From assembly GCA_950072105.1 (NCBI GenBank), contig CATMOE010000073.1:1-14764 (forward strand): 14,764 nt of DNA, read 5' to 3'. This document shows, in pieces, positions 1 to 9,446 of this stretch. The DNA is from an uncultured Dehalococcoidia bacterium (GTDB taxonomy: Bacteria; Chloroflexota; Dehalococcoidia; Lucifugimonadales; UBA3495). Positions within the stretch are counted from its first letter, which is position 1, and the number at the start of each line of letters is the position of its first letter. The position numbers and the translations under genes were made by a program. The notes below the pieces were generated by a model. That model did not search any database. It was not told where the DNA came from and worked only from the letters and a program-made list of their open reading frames with translations.

Positions 1-249
1 CGTCGACGTGTTCCACACCGCCAGGCCCAGGTCGACCGCCGCGTCGTCAACGGCGTGGGCGTTGGGGCCGTCGACCAGAATAAAGGTCAAGTGAGCGCCT
101 TTGCTGATCCATCCGCCCTGAAAAGTGCACCCGTGGCTCTGTAGCACCTCGGTCATGGTGGCGTTCATCCGCATTACCCGGTCTCGGATCTCGATGGCGA
201 CGCCGGGGCATTGGTCGGGGGTGTGGCTCAGCGACATCATATACAACAT
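1..249 (-). CDS. Small hypothetical protein (DUF3303/GYD-like dimeric alpha-beta barrel), 3' end runs off the window
   Basis: Not in the ORF track. Manual translation from ATG at 249 gives MLYMMSLSHTPDQCPGVAIEIRDRVMRMNATMTEVLQSHGCTFQGGWISKGAHLTFILVDGPNAHAVDDAAVDLGLAVWNTST..., open to base 1. A GAGGT RBS-like motif lies about 10 nt upstream. Family assignment rests on recalled resemblance (HxPxxCP N-terminus). Confidence 0.7.
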   Translation of the reverse strand, partial: MLYMMSLSHTPDQCPGVAIEIRDRVMRMNATMTEVLQSHGCTFQGGWISKGAHLTFILVDGPNAHAVDDAAVDLGLAVWNTST

Positions 250-278
250 AGAAGATCAAACCTCATTGATGAATTCTC

Positions 279-307
279 TGGACAAACAGGCATGAATTAT
301 ATACCTT
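279..307 (+). promoter_or_regulatory. Putative sigma70 promoter for the alpha/beta hydrolase gene
   Basis: TGGACA (279-284), 17-nt spacer, TACCTT (302-307), in the AT-richer divergent intergenic region. Confidence 0.35.
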
Positions 308-346
308 GCTATTGCTGAATTAAGTTGAAACCGGCGCAGACTGGGG

Positions 347-454
347 CACCCCCCACATTAGTCCTCCCCCGCAAGGGGGGAGAAGATAAGTCCCTTCCCG
401 CTTTGAGGGGGAAGGTTAGAGCCTGGCCTGAGCGCAGTCGAAGGGATGGGGGTG
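347..454. repeat. REP/REPIN-like palindromic doublet (family A) carrying a 25-nt family-B insert at 420-444
   Basis: Near-identical to 10417-10499 apart from the insert agcctggcctgagcgcagtcgaagg. Contains hairpins cctcccccgcaaggggggag and ccttcccgctttgagggggaagg. Confidence 0.85.
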
Positions 455-529
455 AAACCGTACTGGTCAAACCTGGTTGGATCAAGTAAAGCATCCATTC
501 AGAACTCAAGAGATTCCTCACTTCCGCTA

Positions 530-577
530 CGCTACAGTTCGGAATGACAGAAGCGCTGCAGTTCGGATTGACAGAAG
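530..577 (+). repeat. 24-nt direct tandem duplication just upstream of the RBS
   Basis: cgctacagttcggaatgacagaag (530-553) and cgctgcagttcggattgacagaag (554-577), 22/24 identical. Confidence 0.85.
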
Positions 578-589
578 AAGGAGTATCAA

Positions 590-1486
590 ATGCCATACGC
601 CAATGTTAACGGAACGAACCTGTACTACGAGGAATACGGTACCGGACCGGCGGTGATGCTGACGCCGGGCGGTCGCAATGACACCAACGGGTTGCGTCCT
701 ATCGCCGCCCTGCTGTCTCCCCATTGCCGGGTCATTCTCCACGACCGCCGCAACTGCGGAAAGTCCGACATCGTCATCGGCGGCGAGTTGTCGGAGCAGC
801 ATGCTTGGGGCGAAGAGATGGCCGGTTTGTTGAAGCAGATCGGCGCCGCCCCGGCCTACTTGGCAGGCGGCTCGGCCGGCTCCCGCACTTCCATAACGGT
901 GGCGGTGCGGCACCCGGAAGTGGTCAAGGGCATCTACGTTTGGGAGGTTAGCGGAGGACCGATCAGCGGGACGTCGATGTCCCCCGGATATTACGGCCAA
1001 TACATCGACGCGGCGGAGCAAGGCGGGATGGCCGCCGTCGCCGAGACCGATTTCTTCGCCCAGCGGATAAAAGACAACCCCTCCAACCGGGACCGTCTGA
1101 TGTCCATGGATGTTAAGGAATTCCTGTCGGTGATGCGGCGCTGGCAAGCGGAGTTCGCCCGTGCCAACCCGGTAGGTGACCTGACCGAAGAGGAGCTGAG
1201 ATCAGTCACGTGTCCCACCGTCCTCCTTGAAGGCAACACCCCCGACGACGTTCACCACGTGTCGGCGGCGGAGAACGCCCATCGCTTGATGCCCAATACC
1301 GAGCTTCGGCCATCGGCGTGGACCCACGAAGAATGGGACGTGATCGGTCAGCACGACCATACTTTCGCCGGGATCGCGGCCACCAACCGATACTCCATGA
1401 AAGCGCCTTTTTACGCCGCGCAGATCCTTGAATTCGTCAATAAAGTCGAGGCATCGGAACCCGCCACGGCCCAGGTCGGCGACTAA
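590..1486 (+). CDS. Alpha/beta fold hydrolase
   Basis: NGTNLYYEEYGTGPAV N-terminus, HDRRNCGKS, nucleophile elbow G-G-S-A-G, C-terminal DDVHH. AAGGAG RBS upstream. Confidence 0.9.
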   Translation: MPYANVNGTNLYYEEYGTGPAVMLTPGGRNDTNGLRPIAALLSPHCRVILHDRRNCGKSDIVIGGELSEQHAWGEEMAGLLKQIGAAPAYLAGGSAGSRTSITVAVRHPEVVKGIYVWEVSGGPISGTSMSPGYYGQYIDAAEQGGMAAVAETDFFAQRIKDNPSNRDRLMSMDVKEFLSVMRRWQAEFARANPVGDLTEEELRSVTCPTVLLEGNTPDDVHHVSAAENAHRLMPNTELRPSAWTHEEWDVIGQHDHTFAGIAATNRYSMKAPFYAAQILEFVNKVEASEPATAQVGD

Positions 1487-1534
1487 GCGGGTATCTGGTC
1501 GTACTTTTTCAACGTATTAATGTTGCACGGCCAC

Positions 1535-1620
1535 CACCCCCATCCTAACCTTCCCCCATCGAGGGGGAAGGGATTTATTCTCGCCCCCTTTACGGGGGAG
1601 AGTTAGAGAGGGGGTGAACC
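1535..1620. repeat. REP/REPIN-like palindromic doublet (family A, no insert)
   Basis: 1535-1576 (cacccccatcctaaccttcccccatcgagggggaagggattt) is the reverse complement of 3381-3447 minus its insert. A second inverted unit spans about 1578-1620. Confidence 0.85.
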
Positions 1621-1675
1621 GCGTAGGAAATGTTTAAAGGATCAAGTCGACTGAATACCAGCACAGGAGCGGCTC

Positions 1676-3016
1676 GTGGCGCATTCTGACGCCGATGCCA
1701 TTAGCTTGATAGTCGTCGGCGCCGGAGGGTGCGGGATGATGGCCGCTCTGGTGGCTGCGGGGAAGGGCGTCTCTGTCCTGCTGTTGGAGAAGACGGACCA
1801 GCCAGGCGGCAGCACCGCCTTCTCATCCCGGGGCATCCGTGCCTCCGGGTCCAGGTTCCAACGCGCGCTGGGAATCGACGATAGCCCGGAGCAATACGCT
1901 AGAGATATCTTCGGCAGAAACAGCAACGAAAGCGACGTTGCCCTGACCAATCGCCTGGCCGAGGTTTCCGGACGGGTAGCCGACTTCTTGGCCGACGTAG
2001 CCCGCATCAATTTCAGCGTCGGCGAATTCGTTTTCGGCCACAGCGCCCGCCGCGCCCACTCCTGGAAAGAAGACAAAACGATCACGGACTTTCTGTTCGA
2101 GGCGGTTGAAAGGGAGTCGAATATCCAGGTGCGTTTCTCAACCTCCGTTCTAGGATTCCAACAAGCAGATGACGGGACGGTTAACGGAGTTGTTACTGAG
2201 AGCGGCGTCATCCCGGCGGCTAAGGTCATCCTCGCCAGCGGCGGCTTCGGAGCCAGTCAAGAACTCCTGACCCAGTACATTCCGGCGGTGGCGGACGTAC
2301 ACTTTCCCGGCCATCACGGTAGTACCGGAGATGGCATAGGGATGGGCCTATCGGCGGGGGCAGCTCTTGAAAACATGGCGTCTTTCCAACCTTATCCCGC
2401 CCATATAGGTCCGGGAATGCGGTCGGTGTCGCCGGAAGTGATCATGGGCGGCAGCATCATGGTGGACCCGCAAGGCAAGCGATTCGTCGACGAAACCAGG
2501 TACCCCGGTGGACTCAGCAACGGGATACTACAACTTCCGGACAAACAGGCGTACGAGATTCTAGACCAGCGATTGTACGAGTTGCTTCCGCACTACTTGG
2601 AAGAGTTCCTCACGGAGGGACTGCTGCACCGGGCCCAAACTCCAAGGGATCTGGCCGGAAAGTTAGGAATCGACGCCGAAGGTTTGGAGCAAACGGTGGA
2701 AGAGTACAACGGGTTGGCTGGAGCGGGGCCGGACCGATTCGGGCGGACTCCGCCGGAGCCATTCAAGGCTCCGTACTACGGCATAAGAGTTAAAGCCGCC
2801 CTCTACCACACTCAGGGCGGACTCAAAGTCAACACGGACGGCCAAGTATTGCGCCCCGACGGCTCCATCATTCCCAACCTGTACGCCGGGGGCGGGGTGG
2901 CCACCGGAGTATCCGGAGCAGGGACGGAAGGCTACCTGCCGGGCAACGGCCAGTTGGCCTCGTTAGGGTTGGGCATGCTGGCCGCCCAGCACGCCGCCGC
3001 GTCCCTCATGGCGTAA
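1676..3016 (+). CDS. FAD-dependent oxidoreductase, fumarate reductase/KstD/TcuA flavoprotein superfamily (FAD_binding_2)
   Basis: IVVGAGGCG Rossmann motif, LLEK..GGST, VILASGGF, TGDG, GKRFVDE, HTQGGLKVN, IPNLYAGG. GTG start with CAGGAG RBS. Confidence 0.88.
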   Translation: MAHSDADAISLIVVGAGGCGMMAALVAAGKGVSVLLLEKTDQPGGSTAFSSRGIRASGSRFQRALGIDDSPEQYARDIFGRNSNESDVALTNRLAEVSGRVADFLADVARINFSVGEFVFGHSARRAHSWKEDKTITDFLFEAVERESNIQVRFSTSVLGFQQADDGTVNGVVTESGVIPAAKVILASGGFGASQELLTQYIPAVADVHFPGHHGSTGDGIGMGLSAGAALENMASFQPYPAHIGPGMRSVSPEVIMGGSIMVDPQGKRFVDETRYPGGLSNGILQLPDKQAYEILDQRLYELLPHYLEEFLTEGLLHRAQTPRDLAGKLGIDAEGLEQTVEEYNGLAGAGPDRFGRTPPEPFKAPYYGIRVKAALYHTQGGLKVNTDGQVLRPDGSIIPNLYAGGGVATGVSGAGTEGYLPGNGQLASLGLGMLAAQHAAASLMA

Positions 3017-3035
3017 CCCCCATCGATTCCGGCCG

Positions 3036-3314
3036 CTAGTCTAGAAGCTCAATCTCGGTGAACCGTATCTCCTGGTCACTCAGGTTGAAAACGTCGTGCT
3101 CCACGCCCTTTTCCCTGGCGTAGGCGCCGCCCGCCTCCGTGGGGAACTTGGTGGAATTGCTTGCCGCATCGACGATGGTCAACTCGCCGCCGGTCAAAGG
3201 CACGACAACATAGTCGTATTCATGTATGTGATGCCCGGTGGATTCGCCCGGAAGCAGCCGCCTCTCCGTCACCCGCACCCGGCCCGTTTCAACTTTCAGT
3301 ATCGCTCCACTCAT
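3036..3314 (-). CDS. Small cupin-domain protein (BauB-like)
   Basis: Cupin motifs PGESTGHHIHEYDYVVVP and GVEHDVFN...EIEL. Confidence 0.85.
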   Translation of the reverse strand: MSGAILKVETGRVRVTERRLLPGESTGHHIHEYDYVVVPLTGGELTIVDAASNSTKFPTEAGGAYAREKGVEHDVFNLSDQEIRFTEIELLD

Positions 3315-3380
3315 TTCTCACTCCGTCCGATCGGGATCACCAGTCTCTATTAACTCTGTTTTACTGTCGCGGCAGAGCCT

Positions 3381-3447
3381 AAATCCCTTCCCCCTCGACG
3401 GGGGAAGGTTAGAGCCTGCCCTGAGCGCAGTCGAAGGGATGGGGGTG
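3381..3447. repeat. Family A REP-like unit with the same 25-nt family-B insert (3413-3437)
   Basis: aaatcccttccccctcgacgggggaaggttag[agcctgccctgagcgcagtcgaagg]gatgggggtg. Confidence 0.85.
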
Positions 3448-3591
3448 GTCCGGTATCGGCAGTGGCCATTGCCCGTGTATTTAGATCGTCTAACCCACGA
3501 ACCTCTCCGGTCCTTCAGACCATTAGCTAAGCCGAGTTTCGTAAATCCGCCTCATTGAGTAGTAATTACTCCACCCTTAACGGCAACGAAA

Positions 3592-3600
3592 TGCTATCAT
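3592..3600 (+). promoter_or_regulatory. Putative extended -10 promoter for typA
   Basis: TG-c-TATCAT about 93 nt upstream of the typA ATG, with no clear -35 box. Confidence 0.4.
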
Positions 3601-3693
3601 AGAAAGGACACTACTACGCCACCGATATCGCCTTGCGCGGCTAAAACCCGTTAAGCCGGGGAATACGGGGCAGGATTATCGACCCGGAGCAGC

Positions 3694-5541
<1,848 letters not shown>

Positions 5542-5605
5542 CAAGGCCTCCATCGGGTCTCGGCGAGTCACCGATCCGTCTCGCTGTTATGAAAAGGAAC
5601 TTCTA

Positions 5606-5902
5606 ATGGTGCTGGAAGTCGCCATCCTGGACGTAACACCCGGCCTGTCCCACGACTTTGAGGCTGCCTTCACCCTAGCCCAGGTACTGATCTCGTCGAT
5701 GAAAGGCTACGTCTCCCACCAGTTGCAAAAGTGCCTCGAGAAGCCTAACCGGTACATCCTGCTGGTCAATTGGGAATCCCTAGAGGACCACACCCAGAGC
5801 TTCCGAGGCTCACCCGAATACCAGGAATGGCGCCGCTTGCTCCACCACTTCTACGACCCCTTCCCTGAGGTGGAGTATTATGAGGTGGTTGCATCAGGTT
5901 AG
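5606..5902 (+). CDS. Antibiotic biosynthesis monooxygenase (ABM) family protein
   Basis: MVLEVAILDV...GYVSHQLQKCLE...WESLEDH..FRGSPEYQEWRRLLHHFYDPFPEVEYY. AAGGA RBS. Confidence 0.92.
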   Translation: MVLEVAILDVTPGLSHDFEAAFTLAQVLISSMKGYVSHQLQKCLEKPNRYILLVNWESLEDHTQSFRGSPEYQEWRRLLHHFYDPFPEVEYYEVVASG

Positions 5903-5937
5903 ACGGCCAGGCTTTTCGGTGCCCACGCTCCCCAATA

Positions 5938-5966
5938 TCGACACCGCTCCCCCCACCCTGTATCAT
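5938..5966 (+). promoter_or_regulatory. Putative sigma70 promoter for thiolase-GMC-VOC genes
   Basis: TCGACA (5938-5943), 17-nt spacer, TATCAT (5961-5966), about 53 nt upstream of the thiolase ATG. Confidence 0.55.
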
Positions 5967-6019
5967 AGCTGCCACCGTGTTTTATCCTTATCCGAACTTG
6001 CAAAAAAGAGGAGATACCC

Positions 6020-7219
6020 ATGCGTGAAGTTGCGATTGTTTCACCGGTCAGGACCGCTGTGGGGAACTTTGGGGGCGGCATGCGTGATATTTCCGCCGCC
6101 GAGTTGGGCAGCATCGTCATCAAGGAATCGTTGAGCCGGGCCGGCTTGGACGCCGAGAAGGTGGACGACGTTATTCTGGGTCATGGTTATCCCAGCGGCG
6201 AGAATCCCGCCATCGGCCGTTTGGTCTCCCTGAAAGCCGGACTGCCCATCGAGGTGCCCGGTTACCAGTTGGACCGGCGCTGCTCGTCGGGTCTCCAGGC
6301 CATCCTCAACGCCGCCATGCTCATCCAAACGGAGAACGCCGACGTGGTTATCGCCGGGGGCGTCGAAAGCATGAGCAACGCCGAGTTCTACTCCAACGAG
6401 TCCCGCTGGGGCGCCCGCTTCGGCTCGGTCACATTCCACGACCGGTTGGCCAGGGCCAGGGAAACAATCTCACCTGAAGAACGGTTCGGCGTCATTTCGG
6501 GCATGGTGGAGACCGCCGAGAACCTGGCGAAGCAGTACGAGGTTTCCCGGGCAGAGCAGGACGAATACTCCCTGCGCAGCCACCAACGGGCCGTCGCCGC
6601 CTCCGAGTCTGGGAAATTCGCCGCTGAGATCGTCCCCGTTCCCATTCCCCAGCGCCGTGGCGACCCGGTGCCCTTCGATAAAGACGAAGGTCCCCGGAGT
6701 GACACATCTATGGAGGTCTTGGGGCGGCTGCGTCCGGTGATGGCCGACGGCACAGTGACCGCCGGTAACGCCAGCAGCCAGAACGACGCCGCATCGGTGT
6801 GCCTGGTCGTCGCCGCCGATAAGCTGGAAGAGCTGGGTCTGACGGCCATGGGCTACCTGAGGGGCTGGGCCGTCACCGGTTGCCATCCGGCCTACATGGG
6901 TATCGGCCCGGTGAGCGCGGTCAGCAAGGTCATGGGCAAGATCGGCATGTCTCTCACTGATATGGACCTCATCGAGCTGAACGAAGCCTTCGCCGCCCAG
7001 GTCCTGTCGGTGCTAAGAGAGTGGAAACTGCCCAACGACGACAAACTCAACGTCAACGGCTCCGGGATATCCCTTGGCCACCCTATCGCCGCCACCGGTG
7101 CCCGCATCCTAACCACCCTGCTACATGAGATGGAACGCACCGACGCCCAATTCGGTCTGGAAACCATGTGCGTGGGCGGCGGACAAGGCGTCGCGGCGGT
7201 ATTCGAGCGAAAAGCCTAG
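6020..7219 (+). CDS. Thiolase (acetyl-CoA C-acyltransferase/acetyltransferase)
   Basis: Catalytic motifs RRCSSG, GGVESMS, TAGNAS, NEAFAAQ, GHPIAATG, CVGGGQG. GAGGAG RBS. Confidence 0.96.
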   Translation: MREVAIVSPVRTAVGNFGGGMRDISAAELGSIVIKESLSRAGLDAEKVDDVILGHGYPSGENPAIGRLVSLKAGLPIEVPGYQLDRRCSSGLQAILNAAMLIQTENADVVIAGGVESMSNAEFYSNESRWGARFGSVTFHDRLARARETISPEERFGVISGMVETAENLAKQYEVSRAEQDEYSLRSHQRAVAASESGKFAAEIVPVPIPQRRGDPVPFDKDEGPRSDTSMEVLGRLRPVMADGTVTAGNASSQNDAASVCLVVAADKLEELGLTAMGYLRGWAVTGCHPAYMGIGPVSAVSKVMGKIGMSLTDMDLIELNEAFAAQVLSVLREWKLPNDDKLNVNGSGISLGHPIAATGARILTTLLHEMERTDAQFGLETMCVGGGQGVAAVFERKA

Positions 7220-7224
7220 CGGCG

Positions 7225-7312
7225 AGCTGTCAGCCTTCAGCGGTCAGCCGTCAGGAAAACCATCCCCTGCAATCATTGGGGGCGGGGATTGTTGAAAGCT
7301 GAAAGCTGACCG
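7225..7312. repeat. Inverted pair of heptamer tandem arrays (agcNNtc x4 ... gctgaNN x3)
   Basis: agctgtc-agccttc-agcggtc-agccgtc (7225-7252) and gttgaaa-gctgaaa-gctgacc (7291-7311), mutually complementary. Confidence 0.75.
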
Positions 7313-7330
7313 TTCCTCCGAGGAGATTCA

Positions 7331-8929
7331 ATGGCCATCAATAACAATGACATCGCCGACGTCCTGGTGATCGGAGCCGGGGCGTCCAGCGCGGCTTTTT
7401 GCTGGAGCCTGAGCCAGGCGGGTATCAACGTGGTGTGTCTGGAGCAGGGCGGATGGCTTCCCCAGAACGCCTTTCCCACCTCCGATGCCGACGCTCAACT
7501 TCATCTGCAGACCGATTTTAACTTTAATCCCAACGTCCGCAAGTTGCCGGAAGACTACCCGATCAACGAGTCGGAAACCCCCATCGCCCCCTTGATGTGG
7601 AATGGGGTCGGCGGGGGTACTATCCACTGGGGCTCTCACATTCCCCGGTTTCACCCCTCTGATTTTCTCCTCAAAACCCAGGACGGCGTGGCCGACGACT
7701 GGCCGCTGACCTATGAGGAGCTTGAACCGTATTACGACCTTAACGACCGGATGACCGGGGTATCCGGCCTCAATGGCGACCCGGCTTATCCTCCCAAGCC
7801 GGAGCGGCCCTGCCCGCCCCTGTCCATCCGAGCCAGTGGGAAAGCCCTTGCCAAGGGTTTCGACAAACTAGGCTGGCACTGGTGGTCTTCGGACAGTGCC
7901 ATATCGTCGGTGACCTACGACGGCCGGGAGCCGGATGCCGTCGGCCACCTGCGGTCTTCGGCGGGGGCCGACCTCAACTACTGGCCGAAAGCGGTGAACC
8001 AGGGCACCAGGCTGATCACTTACGCTCGGGTCCGGGAGATCTCGGTTGACCGATCGGGCAAGGCCACCGGCGCGCTGTATTACGACCGCGAAGGAAACCT
8101 GCAGGAGCAGCGGGCCAAGGTTGTGGTGATGGCCGCCAACGGCATCGGTACCACCCGGCTGTTGCTCAACTCCAAGTCGGTTTTGTTCCCCAACGGTCTG
8201 GCCAATAGCTCCGGACTGGTAGGCAAGAACTTGATGCACCACCCCACCGGCGTGATCCTCGGCATCTTTGACGAGTGGCTTGGAACCGATGAAGGCGCCC
8301 GGGGCAGTTCCATGCTAAGCCAGGAGTTTTACGAGACCGACCTGAACCGGGAGTTCGTCCGCGGCTACGAGATGCAGATCCTCAGCCAAGGGTCGGCCCC
8401 GTTGACCGCCGCTTTGGGAGGCTCTCAGGGCGAGAGGGTGTCCTGGGGCGCCGGCCATCACCGGGAGTTCCAGGAAAGGTTCGGCCATATCGCCGGTATC
8501 ATCATCATGACCGAAGACCTGCCGGAAGAGCACAACCGGGTTACTCTAGATCCGGAGATGACCGACAGTAACGGCATACCCGCCGCCAAGATTCAATACA
8601 CCATCAGCGAGAATACCGACAAGATGCTGGGTCACGGCGTGGAAAGAGCCAAGGAAGTGATGGACGCCGCCGGGGCCAAGAAGGTGCTGTGGTCCCACCA
8701 GCGCCGCAACGCCGGCTGGCACCTGTTGGGCACCGCCAGGATGGGTGAAGACCCCGCAACCTCGGTGGTTGACCGTTGGGGCCGCGCTCACGATGTCCCA
8801 AACCTATTTATCATCGACGGCAGCATCTTCGTTACCGGCGCCTGCGTCAACCCGACACCCACGATCCAGGCTCTGGCCCTGCGCACTGCCGACTACTTGA
8901 AAGGCGAGGGAAGGTCTATTTTGGAGTAG
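7331..8929 (+). CDS. GMC family oxidoreductase (flavoprotein)
   Basis: DVLVIGAGASS, GVGGGTIHW, DWPLTYEELEPYYD, LANSSGLVGKNLMHH, active-site WHLLGTARMG and VNPTPTIQALA. Confidence 0.94.
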   Translation: MAINNNDIADVLVIGAGASSAAFCWSLSQAGINVVCLEQGGWLPQNAFPTSDADAQLHLQTDFNFNPNVRKLPEDYPINESETPIAPLMWNGVGGGTIHWGSHIPRFHPSDFLLKTQDGVADDWPLTYEELEPYYDLNDRMTGVSGLNGDPAYPPKPERPCPPLSIRASGKALAKGFDKLGWHWWSSDSAISSVTYDGREPDAVGHLRSSAGADLNYWPKAVNQGTRLITYARVREISVDRSGKATGALYYDREGNLQEQRAKVVVMAANGIGTTRLLLNSKSVLFPNGLANSSGLVGKNLMHHPTGVILGIFDEWLGTDEGARGSSMLSQEFYETDLNREFVRGYEMQILSQGSAPLTAALGGSQGERVSWGAGHHREFQERFGHIAGIIIMTEDLPEEHNRVTLDPEMTDSNGIPAAKIQYTISENTDKMLGHGVERAKEVMDAAGAKKVLWSHQRRNAGWHLLGTARMGEDPATSVVDRWGRAHDVPNLFIIDGSIFVTGACVNPTPTIQALALRTADYLKGEGRSILE

Positions 8930-8956
8930 CGGTCTACGCCAAGACAGGAGCGAATC

Positions 8957-9328
8957 ATGCCACGCGTTGTTCACTTCGAGATATATGCCGATGAGCCCGA
9001 CCGGGCCCTAGGATTCTACACCGAGGTTTTTGGCTGGACGGTCCAAAAAGCGGAGTTGCCCAGTGGGGACTATTGGTTCCTGACCACCGGCCCTGACGAC
9101 GAGGCGGGCATCAACGGCGCAATCATGCCGCGGCCCGACCCGGCTGCCAAAACAACAAATTACGTGGACGTGCCCTCGGTGGACGATTACACGGCCAAGA
9201 TTCAGGCTGCCGGCGGTACCGTGGCCACGCCCAAAATGTCCATTCCAGGTTTAGGCTACGCTGCCGTCTGTCTGGATACGGAGGGGAACACCTTTGGGCT
9301 GTTCGAGGACGATCCTTCCGCCCAGTGA
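8957..9328 (+). CDS. VOC (glyoxalase/bleomycin resistance) family protein
   Basis: VVHFEI..FYTEVFGW..GINGAI..AAGG..DTEGNTFGLFE. CAGGAG RBS. Confidence 0.93.
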   Translation: MPRVVHFEIYADEPDRALGFYTEVFGWTVQKAELPSGDYWFLTTGPDDEAGINGAIMPRPDPAAKTTNYVDVPSVDDYTAKIQAAGGTVATPKMSIPGLGYAAVCLDTEGNTFGLFEDDPSAQ

Positions 9329-9344
9329 CGCCTGCGTATTCCCA

Positions 9345-9373
9345 TTGACACCCCATACCCGACACTTTAGGAT
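9345..9373 (+). promoter_or_regulatory. Sigma70-type promoter upstream of the NHL gene
   Basis: Consensus TTGACA (9345-9350), 17-nt spacer, TAGGAT (9368-9373). Confidence 0.7.
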
Positions 9374-9446
9374 TGCATGGCGCGTGACCACCCATCGTTC
9401 CGTGTCCATCGGGCGATGATTTATAAAGATAGCGAGGTGATTTCTG

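Noticed and set aside
309..596. 95-aa minus-strand ORF, and similarly 3238-3558, 10190-10444 and 12344-12529
   Set aside because: They are translations through REP-like repeats or antisense to real genes, with no recognisable domain.
1676..3016. Assigning frdA/sdhA/kstD/tcuA symbols
   Set aside because: Too short for FrdA/SdhA, catalytic residues differ, and there are no partner subunits, so the substrate cannot be determined from sequence.
9326..9328. TGA at the end of the VOC gene as a second Sec codon
   Set aside because: The VOC domain is already complete, there is no redox motif around it, and it is followed by a promoter-containing spacer.
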